DNA of 53,280 nucleotides from Girardia tigrina (Eukaryota): NCBI GenBank assembly GCA_001938485.1, contig MQRK01238736.1, positions 47,305 to 100,584 of the forward strand, read 5' to 3'. Shown piece by piece: positions 1 to 10,400 of this stretch (position 1 is its first letter; each line of letters starts with the position of its first letter). The notes under the pieces were generated by a model. It saw only the letters and a program-made list of their open reading frames with translations, ran no database searches and was not told where the DNA came from. The position numbers and the translations under genes were made by a program.

Positions 1-20
1 TATATATATATATATATATA
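1..20. repeat. (TA)n microsatellite
   Basis: Pure TA run at the window start. Confidence 0.95.
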
Positions 21-849
21 AAATTTCCAAGCCAATCAAAGTTTATTAATTTCGGCGGTTTAACTGTCATCGTCAGAACAAATGATTTTTCAAAAATGGT
101 GTCACAATTCAAACATTTTCTAAACCGAAATGGAATCACACTACAAGTTTTTACTGAGACTATTGTTCCCTTCAACCTTTTATCCCAATTCCATTATATA
201 ACAAATAACTAATTTTTCGACATTCATTTCTCATGTTACAAAGTTGCTACAAAAAATCGATAAAAACTTTTCAAAGAAATATTGATCATAATATTCAACG
301 TATTCAGTATTGAATATTCAATGAATAGAATACGAACATCATATTGTGATCATGTTTTGAACGATTCTTGGTGGATTCCAGAATGACGTTATAAGGTTCG
401 ATTTTCCAAATTTATGTTTTAGGTTTTCACAGTTTTTATCTTTATTATAATGAAATGGAGACTGAGAGACTTGCTTTTGAGAAAGGCCTTTCTTTTCTTA
501 ACAATATGGCGAGTAGACATCTTCAATGAATTATATATATTTTTCTATGGGAAAAATTGATTATTATTGAAAATTTAATAATTTTTTCTAATTTTATTTC
601 ACGAAATGTGGGCATTACAATTATTATAGATTAAATGCCATTCTCCCTTAACCCTTAAATTATTATTCATTATTTTATTGAATTCTAAATAAATATTTTT
701 TTATTCATTAATCTTGTTAAAATTATTTCTAAAATTCAGGAGTTTCAAAACCGATGGCAGTTAACAAATTTTGTACTTCCAATATGCAGTTAGTCTACAA
801 AAAGTACAATCCAATTCAAATGAAATTTATTTTCCATAACAAGCAAGTT

Positions 850-1330
850 TTTAGGATTCCCTTGTTCAAAAAAATGTTCAATTACTTAAATAATTTTTCA
901 GTGCACAACAAAGTCCTAGAACACTTTTTTAGACGAATTCGACGACTTTTGAATAAAATAATTTTAGACCGTATTTTTAAAATTTTTTCTGCTAAATGTT
1001 GACTTCTAAGAACACACTTAAGATCATTAAAAATAATAATTGTATCGTACTAAAATCAGGTCTTTTGGAGAGCAAAGTGAGGCGACAATCCTCAATTCAT
1101 GACACTGACAGCCGACTATTGTGATTAAGCATTTTGCCGTACAAAAAGTACAAGATAAGTACTATGCCATTCCTTCTTAATTTTCTTGCCTGTTGCACGA
1201 GCTTATAGTAATACACGATGTTTATATAAACACCTCTCTCAACAAAGTCAGCGAGGGTCCTGTCTTTTCAATCTGAAAAATTGGTGACCATTACAATTTT
1301 TTTGTGATATGCTGACGGCCACAAAGTTTA
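850..1330 (-). mobile_element. Highly decayed mariner transposase fragment
   Basis: Minus-strand translation across frameshifts gives KKIVMVT..DFVERGVYINIVYY..LVQQARKLRR, HNSRLSV and FNDLKCVLRSQH. These resemble the mariner catalytic domain. Boundaries are approximate. Confidence 0.45.
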
Positions 1331-1399
1331 CAAAAATTTTCAAGTAGATTAAACTCTTGAGTATCATGTCTTCATTCGAATACATAAAGAGTAGTAGTT

Positions 1400-2430
1400 A
1401 AAATATTCTTTAAGAAGTGGAATCCTGCATGTTCAAAATGATTCAACGTTTAGTGAAATATAAGTGACATTATTAACTTTGAGCTCTTAGAACAAATTAA
1501 TACCACTACTGTGAAAATTTATTGTTAATGACTAAACCTCTGCACCAGGCTCTAGGCCAGTGAAAGTCAACTTGGTCCTTACCGCCCACCAGTTCAAATA
1601 TAATTGTTTGTTAAGAATAATATATTGTTAAAAATATTATTTAAAAACATTTTTATTTATCAGGCATATTCAATTTCTAGCTTTTCAGATATACGTTGTG
1701 TTTTGATGTACAACGATTCAAAGCGATAAAAAAGTGCACTATCCAATGGATGTCATTTCCATCATAAATCGATTGATCAAGAAAATCTACTACAACACCG
1801 ATCAGACCATTTCCAATGTGAAACTCGTACCCCAGAATTATTGTGCCTTCAATCCGACCGCTGAATCAAACACCCTCTCCGGTCGTGATAATGAAATTGA
1901 GTTCCCGGTCCCCGAGAACTTTGATCACCCTGGGTCAGGTGGCGATAAAGTTAATCTAATATTTTCATCAACATGTTCGCGAGATCTCATCCCGCAGATA
2001 AACCACGCCCACCTCAGTAGACGACATGTAATACAGTGTATATAAGGTACTTTTTCATGATGCAGTATGTTGTTATACATATTTTCTCGTATACAAAAAT
2101 ATTGTATTTGTACGCCCTAATTTTCTGTAACTCTACTTTATAAATTGTCTAAACCTGTAGAAAAGGTGGACGGTAAGAATACTTTACTACAAATCGAGGT
2201 GAGAAAGTGGGCGGTAAGTATGAAAAGGCTGACTATCCCTGCTCTAGACAAAGCTGTTTAAATCTTATCAACAGAAAAGAGGTCTTTTACATGACAACGC
2301 TAGATCTGATGTGTTAAAGATGACCCTGCAAGAATATTCTAATTTCCATTTATTCAGATCTCTATCAAACTTTCTTAATGACAAAATATTCCAAATCGAG
2401 TTTATGTCAAAACCAGTATGACTGGATACT
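1400..2430 (+). mobile_element. Decayed mariner transposase fragment interrupted by a hAT MITE
   Basis: Left of the insert reads V**NISDIINFELLEQ..TTTVKIYC..LHQAL (** = eroded WW). Right of it reads LINRKEV..HDNARSDVLKMTLQ..SNFHLFRSLSNFLNDKIF. The mariner motifs join across the 1558-2241 insertion. Confidence 0.7.
1558..2241. mobile_element. Non-autonomous hAT (Buster/Charlie-like) element
   Basis: Imperfect TIRs CAGTGAAAGTCAAC..CTTACCGCCCAC and GTGGGCGGTAAG..GCTGACTATCCCTG. Near-identical 8-bp TSD CTCTAGGC (1550-1557) / CTCTAGAC (2242-2249), matching the nTCTAGAn target preference of Buster/Charlie hATs. Confidence 0.75.
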
Positions 2431-2804
2431 GCAACTGAAAATGCTTACAACTCTACTATAATGGATTGTAAAATTCACACATAGATGAACTGTTGCGGAT
2501 CTATAGATAAGAATTGCAATCTAGTTATACAAAACTTATCTTATTGTCATCTAAAACGAAGACTTTTGTAGGATCTTAATCATATTGACAATAAGAAAAA
2601 GATATAATTTTCGAATTTTAAGTTTTTCTAAGTTTTTTCTTCAATCGTTGTCAAATATTTTTGTAACTTATAAAAGTGAGTTTGTGTTTTTGTACGGTTA
2701 AATATAATAGATAAAATATAGAATCAGAAAACAAATTGTAAAAATATTTTATTTGTCTCTGATTAAAATGAAAAAGAACAGTCAGTTTTTTTAGATTTTC
2801 GGGT

Positions 2805-3692
2805 TTAATTAGCACTTAATAAATTAAATAAATCCTCTTCAATTCGGAAAAACAGATTTCGTTGATTATGGTTTAAAGAGGAATCATTTTGAATGTCTTC
2901 TTTTACCCAATGTCGATTTTGTATATATTTCTGAGAGATAAAACGTAATGTTCGGCGTATGTGATCAATGAGTCCATGATTTCCGCCATCGTGACACCAT
3001 CTAATCCATTTTTGAACACTTTCCCCTTTAGCATTGTTTCTATTAACATCCATTATTTGCAAATTCCATTCTTCATTGAAATACGTTGCGAATCTAGCAG
3101 CTAAATGTATATCAGAAATATTTTTTCTTGAAAACACATATGTTAAGATTTGTAGTTCCACTATATGATCGAGGTCGTACTGCATTTTTAGATGATGATG
3201 AAGTTCTCTCGTCTCTTCTTCGATGTCATCAAATTCACACGAAGGATGTGGATTATTCCTGAATTTTAGTAAGCAAAATAAAGAATTTTCAATAATACGA
3301 AATTTATTTCGATGTCCAATTTCGTCAGTGTTAATATCATTGAGAACTTCTTCCCGATTTTCTCGATAATCGACGAAAATGTTATAAATTACATTAAAAA
3401 CGTCTCTACTTGGTCTCGCTGCGTTGTAATCGTACTTCCATATAAGAAATTCATAAACAGCTTGATTTTTCCATTCATTTTCTTCCGCGGAAATTATCTG
3501 TAAATTCCATCGTTTGTTAAAATATTTGGCAAATTTGGCGGCAGCATATGCGTCATAATCATTACAAACTTCACAGATCCCATTCTCAACCAGAACGGCG
3601 GCAACTAGCTGCAATTCCACGATGTGGTCGAGATAATATTCTTTTGTCAGAGCCTGACGAAGTCGTTTAGATGTAATTACAAAATCAACCAT
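2805..3692 (-). CDS. Intronless 295-aa protein with two tandem HNH (His-Me finger)-like nuclease domains
   Basis: Uninterrupted ORF from ATG 3692 to TAA. It consists of two ~145-aa repeats, each with LDHIVELQ...A.FA.YFN..WNLQI....N..K, the DH-N-N pattern of beta-beta-alpha-metal nucleases. Confidence 0.7.
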   Translation of the reverse strand: MVDFVITSKRLRQALTKEYYLDHIVELQLVAAVLVENGICEVCNDYDAYAAAKFAKYFNKRWNLQIISAEENEWKNQAVYEFLIWKYDYNAARPSRDVFNVIYNIFVDYRENREEVLNDINTDEIGHRNKFRIIENSLFCLLKFRNNPHPSCEFDDIEEETRELHHHLKMQYDLDHIVELQILTYVFSRKNISDIHLAARFATYFNEEWNLQIMDVNRNNAKGESVQKWIRWCHDGGNHGLIDHIRRTLRFISQKYIQNRHWVKEDIQNDSSLNHNQRNLFFRIEEDLFNLLSAN

Positions 3693-4630
3693 AATTATTA
3701 TAACCAATTTTCTAGGCTTAACTTATATACGCAATATCTATAAATAATACAAATAAGTCAACCAATAATAATTATTTACGTATATTACAAGTCAGTTTAG
3801 TTTCTTCTAAATTCTCGCTTATTTATTTGTATAAATCATTGTTTCCTATACTAAACAAGCAATAAATCGACAGTTGAGACAGTATTTTCTGCAAAATTTG
3901 GAGATTCCGTAGTCGCCCCCACCGAAGAAACAGAGTTGCAACTACTAAAATCATGTACGATATACATTTTGTATACCTAAATTTTATACCTAGCCAAAGG
4001 AATCATAAAGTTTGGAATAAAACCACAGAAAATTTTAATTTTGGAAAAATGTTAATCGTAATTATAGAAAATACTAATCTTGCTGTTTAGACCAGCCATT
4101 CAGTTTGGGGTAGGGTAGTCCATGTTTTGAATAAGTAAAACGGGTCACAAAGACTCAAATATTCATATATTACTTAAAAATTAATAATAATAATTAATAT
4201 AACATTAGAAAGTAGAAAATTTAATTGATATGTGGTGAGGCTAAAAAGTTCATAGACTCATATAAACAAAAAAGATAGGGGAAAATAGATTCTATATAGA
4301 TAATTAAAACTAGTAAATCAAAAGAAAATTTTTTCATATCCATGCTTAAAAAAACGACAAAATTGAAAAGAATCTTTCCCTTCAGATGATTTGAACGCTC
4401 AACTATCACCTTCACATGAGAAAAAAAATCGTGAAAACACTAACACATTGTACAATGTATGGAGAATTAGAATTGAAATTTAGTTAACTTTATTAACTTT
4501 TTATGATCAAATTTTCACATTGCTTTTTATTGTCATCGAAAATGAGTAAGTGTGCAAAGTTTGGAGAAAATTTATTCCATTAAAAGCCTTCAAAAATAGG
4601 TTTTTAAATTCCATGGATATATATATATAT

Positions 4631-4814
4631 NNNNNNNNNNNNNNNNNNNNNNNNNNNNNNNNNNNNNNNNNNNNNNNNNNNNNNNNNNNNNNNNNNNNNN
4701 NNNNNNNNNNNNNNNNNNNNNNNNNNNNNNNNNNNNNNNNNNNNNNNNNNNNNNNNNNNNNNNNNNNNNNNNNNNNNNNNNNNNNNNNNNNNNNNNNNNN
4801 NNNNNNNNNNNNNN
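4631..4814. other. Assembly gap (N run) flanked by TA repeats
   Basis: N run; further gaps at 36061-36110 and 37092-37891. Confidence 0.99.
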
Positions 4815-4827
4815 ATATATATATATA

Positions 4828-6160
4828 CAGTCCACCCTCGTTTCCGGGGCATTCTTTATGGTGGGGCACCTTGATTTCTGGGGAAATTTTGGTTTTTGGG
4901 GCAAGTTTTAAGATAATCACACTATTACATATTTTTTATGTGTTGTATTCCAAAAGTACAATTATGTTTTGTTTTTTGGGGTATATTTTTTAACCTAAAA
5001 ATAATATTTAATCTTGGTCTGAAATAAGTATCAAAATTTCCCCAAATTTAAAATATTACAAGCTTTTCTTAAAAAATTTTGTTAAATTTTATGTTAAATT
5101 TTGTTTAAATTTATATTAAATTTTAAAAAAATCCATAACACAGCCATTGGATATGGGTTTGATAAAGGCATTCAAGGATCATTACAATAATTCTCTTGTT
5201 AATTTTTTGGCAACTGAAGAAGATGATTTAAATAATGATCTATTTAAAAACATTAATATTAAAAATGCTATTGTTTTTACTTCTATTGCCTGGGAGTTAA
5301 TAAAGAATCGATTATTAATTGTTTCAAAAAGGCATTTTCCAAAAAGAAGAAACCAACCAGAACCGCTGGAGGATACCGGAACAGCTGAAATTTGTGAAAA
5401 AGTTCGTTATGATAAACTTATGGAAAAAACTTAAAGAATTGGAAAATGTTATTGAATATATTTTTTTTGATGTTCAAAATGAATACATCAAGTTTAGAAT
5501 GCAATTTAATAATTTTTAAGGAATGAATTTAAATTTTTGAAAACAATAACTGATTATTTTAAAAAATTGAAATAAATTTTATTTAGTTTTTCGATGTTTT
5601 TTAATTTTTTGGGTGTTGTGAGGAATATTTGGTGTGTGGATGTTTTTGTGTAGTTTTTGCATGTTCAAATGTTGTATGTTGATTTGGGATTGTGCCTCTC
5701 CTAACCAGATGGATTATCAATATTTATTTTTTTTATAATCTGAAACTAATTTATTTAAATTTAGATTTAATATTCAAATTTTTTAGTTTTTATTATTGCA
5801 GCTTTTAAATAATTTTAATGGTTTTATTTTTGTAAATTTTTAAATAATTAAAATCAAATTAATGTTAAAATGACTATAAAAATATTTTATTTCAGCCAAT
5901 CAAATTTAAATTAAATATTTTTAAATAAAATAATCTTATCAAGTATAGTTNAGATTATAATGGGAGATATTGAAAATTGATTGATGGATCTAAGTGAAAG
6001 CATTACTGTTGATCATCATAAAGATGATAAAAATTGTGAATGTAATAAATGTTCTGTCAAATGTGTGAGTTCTCTTAACAGGTGTTTTTTGGTTTTTGTG
6101 GAATTCTTGGATTTTGGGGAAAAATTTGATATTTTTTGCCCCAAAACCGAGGGTGGACTG
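4828..6160 (+). mobile_element. pogo/Tigger-like DNA transposon, internally deleted
   Basis: TIRs CAGTCCACCCTCG..GGGGC and GCCCC..CGAGGGTGGACTG, inserted in TA context. Internal QPLDMGLIKAFKDHY...IKNAIVFTSIAW is the C-terminal DDE_1 motif of pogo/Tigger transposases. Confidence 0.85.
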
Positions 6161-6339
6161 TATATATTTATATAAAGGTGTTTCCTTTTTTCAACTTCCA
6201 GAAGTTTCAAAATATTTCATAAGAACTTTTTTATGCTGAGAACGAATTTGTTAATACAATTATTCTGTAATTAAAAAAAGTTCAAAAAAATTTTAGATAT
6301 ATATATATATTATATTGAGTCTTGTGAACGCAAGTTTAG

Positions 6340-6608
6340 TATTTCGAAAATATAATTTGATTAAAGCTTTTTTTATATAATTATTGGACATGTTTCGATG
6401 TTTAATAATCCATTACGATCGGATTTATTTGTTCTCAAAAATAGAAAACCAATTCCAAGAACTGGATTTGACCTTCGATTTGAAAATTCAATACGATGAA
6501 GAATTTAAACAAACGAGTTTCTGATTTTTGATTATTAATTTTTTAAACATCGAAACATGTCCAATAATTATATAAAAAAAGCTTTAATCAAATTATATTT
6601 TCGAAATA
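6340..6608. repeat. 66-bp perfect inverted repeat (arms 6340-6405 and 6543-6608), probably inverted Penelope pLTR fragments or a MITE
   Basis: The arms are exact reverse complements. Each contains CATC-GAAA-CATG-TC, the 3' half of a minimal hammerhead. Confidence 0.8.
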
Positions 6609-7212
6609 TATATATTAATTTAGAAAAGAAATTTAGTTTGAAATTTTTCTTTTTAAAATTGATTTAAAATTGAATTAAAATTGAATTAAGATTTTGATGG
6701 GAATTATTGGTCTCTACAAGCTTATTTTCTTGCAATTGTAAAAACTAATATTGAAATCGATTTGAATTTTTTACGAAAATTATAAATAAACGAAGTTTGT
6801 GATCGAACACTGAGTTCTTTTGATTTGATCTCATATTAACGATATATAAAAAACTTTAACTAGAGACAAATAATGATCTGCCTTAACAATATTTTAAAAT
6901 TAGACCAGCACAAAAACCCGAGCTTTAAATCCGCTGTATCTGTTTACATCGGGGAAACCTGAGGACTTTTGTCGAATCGATTTCACTGAATTTATTTCTG
7001 ATTGTAAAAACGATTTTTTGGTCAAATCGAACTATTAATTTTTGAAACGAATTTGATTGTTAATTTAATTGAATTCTTTGTAAAACAAAAACGATTTTTT
7101 GGAGTAGTGAAATTTTTTTATTAAAAAACAATTTCTGATTTTCGATAAAATGAAATCCGGATGATAATTTTCTATGAATAACCAAACTCATCCATTAAAA
7201 AAATATATTTAT

Positions 7213-7253
7213 TGACAATATATTTCGACGAATCAACTGTCATCTTCAGGTCA
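7213..7253 (-). ncRNA. Minimal type I hammerhead ribozyme-like motif (Penelope pLTR type)
   Basis: Minus strand reads UGAC-CUGAAGA-U-GAC(agttgattc)GUC-GAAA-UAUA-UU-GUCA. It has the conserved core, stem II GAC/GUC, a palindromic stem III and stem I UGAC/GUCA. The cleavage triplet AUU is suboptimal. Confidence 0.6.
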
Positions 7254-7472
7254 CCTGCGTAGATTTGTTTGATTTTCAATTACGATTTTGACTGATAGAA
7301 TTTCTGAATTTTAATTACGCTTTAATTGAGAACGATATCTGATTCGTTTTTGATTGACAAACGATTTAAATTTTCGAAACGAACCTGGAGACTGTACCGA
7401 AGATTTATGAAAATTAGATTAAAAAATAAAACATTCCTAAACTGATTGTGTAAAATAGAAAATTTGGTTACC

Positions 7473-10400
7473 CTATCTGTCTAAGGTCCTTTGAGCCTCA
7501 CTGCGAAATTTTAAATCAAAAGTAAGAGTTCATGAAGTCTTTATAATCACTTAAAACAAATACTTGTTTAATTCCTCATTCTTTTCATTTTGAATATTCA
7601 ATAGCTTCTGAGTTTTATTCTGATGTTTCAAATTAATAAAGGAATGTTAAAAACATAAATTATACTGTTTCTAATATAAGCCGCTTCTTTTCTTCTCGTG
7701 CAGTAGCGCGATCTCTTATCATTGATTCTTTCATTTGAAAGACGTCTTCCTCCATTTCAATTATCTAAAATGTTATCTTAAATTTCAAAGTAAAATTCAT
7801 TAATTAAGAAAAGGGTAAAACAAAATCTAAAGAAAACAGAAAAAATAAATTAAATAAGAAAAACATTTTATAGTAAAATAATTCATTATAAAATTGCTAA
7901 CATTTAATTAGGCAACTTCAGTGAAATAGTTTGTGACAAATTTATCTCAATTTTTAATTTATTTTTATTAAATAATAAAATTTATTCGAACACTGACTTA
8001 ACAATTCATAACGTTTTTAATTTATTTTTATTCAAAGTTTTTAATTTTAGAGAAATTGTTAATGCAACAAATCCTAATAATTGTATATTGTACACTTAAG
8101 TACACTTTATGTTACTTATTTAACAAGTCCTAACTTGCAAACCAACACAGATGATTACTGAATTCATACAACACTGTTATAACTTGTATCACTGGCAAAT
8201 ACTGGTTCATATTGATTAGTGATTGATAAACAATTGGTAACAGACAAGTTTCGATTTGATTTGCGACATCTGGAATAATTTTCTTGCAATGTTATTTTGT
8301 TTTATTTGATCGATTAAATTTAATATTCTTTATACTCTGTATTTGCTTAAATATTAATTTAATAAATCTTCAATATTTGAATCTAAAATTTAAATACTTT
8401 TCAAAATATTAAAAATATGTGAAATCCATATTGTAGGATATATGTCATTTGATCTAAGTTATTTTAATCTAGTTATAACGATCATTATTGGATTATAAAA
8501 ATCGTTCACTACATTGCAGAGGACGTTATCCTAGAAGTTGTTAAATTTACACATGGCAATAAATGTCAAATTGATTCTTTACTAAATGACAATCTATGTG
8601 CATTGGTTTGTTATTTGATCTATTAAACAAAATAAAGATATTTGTATGCTCTTTCAATTTACCTTCCTTGATCTTTTTTATTTTTAACACAAAGTCTCCG
8701 GCGGGGACAGGTATTAGCGTTCGGGTCCAAAGGAACGCACTCCTAAATTCTCCGGAGACTGTCATGCAATCATTAATTTGCGCCCTAATGATGGCGGTTT
8801 TCCATTCAATTATTGTCTTAGTTTTACAATTTGGCGTTGCTAGATAACTGTCCAAGTCCGTTTCTGATTGTAATCCAGTACCAAAAATATTACAAATCTC
8901 CTGGATGGATTCAAAATAACAGTGAACACTTTACGATAATGTTTCGGGTTTTTCAACGAGATATTTAATTGTATCTGACAGCAATTAGTGATAATAACAA
9001 TCAACAATTAAATAATATTCTTCTAAAAGTTTATTCATATTTGATAGAATAGTGTGTTCAAATACCTGTTGTTCTTCTGTGACTTCTCCGATCGATATCA
9101 CTTGATCTTTTTTGATATGAATAAAACGAGTCTTTCTTTTGAGTCTATTGTTGCAAACCTCCAGAAACAATAATCTGAAATTGCATGATTATATCCCAAT
9201 AAGATTACTGGTCGTGAAGAAGATTGTCCTCAAGGAAACATTGATATTTGATGGTTTGCGGTTCAGAATTCGCAACCCTTCGAAATCTGACACTCGTGAA
9301 ATTTAATGATGATGAAAACGATTTTGGTGAATTTGATTGACTTCATTAAAAATTCCAATTCTAAATTTTCTATTTAATTTACATCTTGAACAGGTATTGG
9401 AACACTTTGAAATATTTCATCTAAAATATTTCTACAAATCCTTCCAAAACATGATAGATTTTTCAAATCAAATACCTATAGAAGGGCTAAAACAAAAAAG
9501 ATAATCCTGAACATTCTATATCTTTCATCCTAATAAATGTCTATCAAAGGGAAGCAGGACACCAGTCGTTATTGTATTTACATTTTGATTCATAATACAT
9601 ACAAACACAATACATTTTTAGTTTGGAAATATTCACTGTTAATTATTGTTAAACATAAATCCCTTTCAAAAAGAATAAAAATGATTTTATAATATAAATT
9701 TCGAGGGCTTTATTTAGTTTTATTTTATAAAAATAATATATATATATATATATATATTAGTAAATCAGAACACTTAGACAACTTTCTGATTTGGTTTATA
9801 ATAATTTGAAATTGCTAATTTCTTCTTTATTTAATGAAAAGAAGTTTAAGGAGAAGATAGAAAGAATCGGTTATTTAATTATTTTATATTTAAAGAAAAT
9901 ATGTTACGTTTTCATTATAACTTTTAATGGTGTTTCTGATTTCATTAAGATCAATTTGCTTGTCTGCCTTTTTTGATAAATGTTGGTTGAGAAGAACCAC
10001 AATTTCTTCGTGTTTTACTTTCATTTGCTCAAATTCCGGCCTAATTGAATCCATTAATCAACCATCATAGATAGATTTTTATTTTCATACAAAAGTTTTT
10101 CATTTTCTTGGTTATAACGATCCAAATCTTTGGAATACCTATCGATATTTGCGTTTATTTTTTCGAGAGTTTCTTTTAGATTTCTGATTGTGTCTTCATT
10201 CATTCCTCTAGCGGCTCTAATTGCTCCTAGGAAAGAATATCGTATAATAATAATAATTATTATTACTGTAGATAATACGCCAAAAATATTTCAAAACACG
10301 CAAAATTCATATTAGACAATGGTTATTCAAATGAATTTGTTTGAACTTTAAAATTTTTCAGATAAGATTAAAATATTTGAACTAGCTTGATTCAAATTAC

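Noticed and set aside
1734-2045. 103-aa ORF as a host gene
   Set aside because: It lies inside the hAT MITE, starts at GTG and has no recognisable domain; at most it is captured filler.
4507-4993. ORFs spanning N runs (also 36972-37934 and 37070-37900)
   Set aside because: They are artefacts of assembly gaps translated as X.
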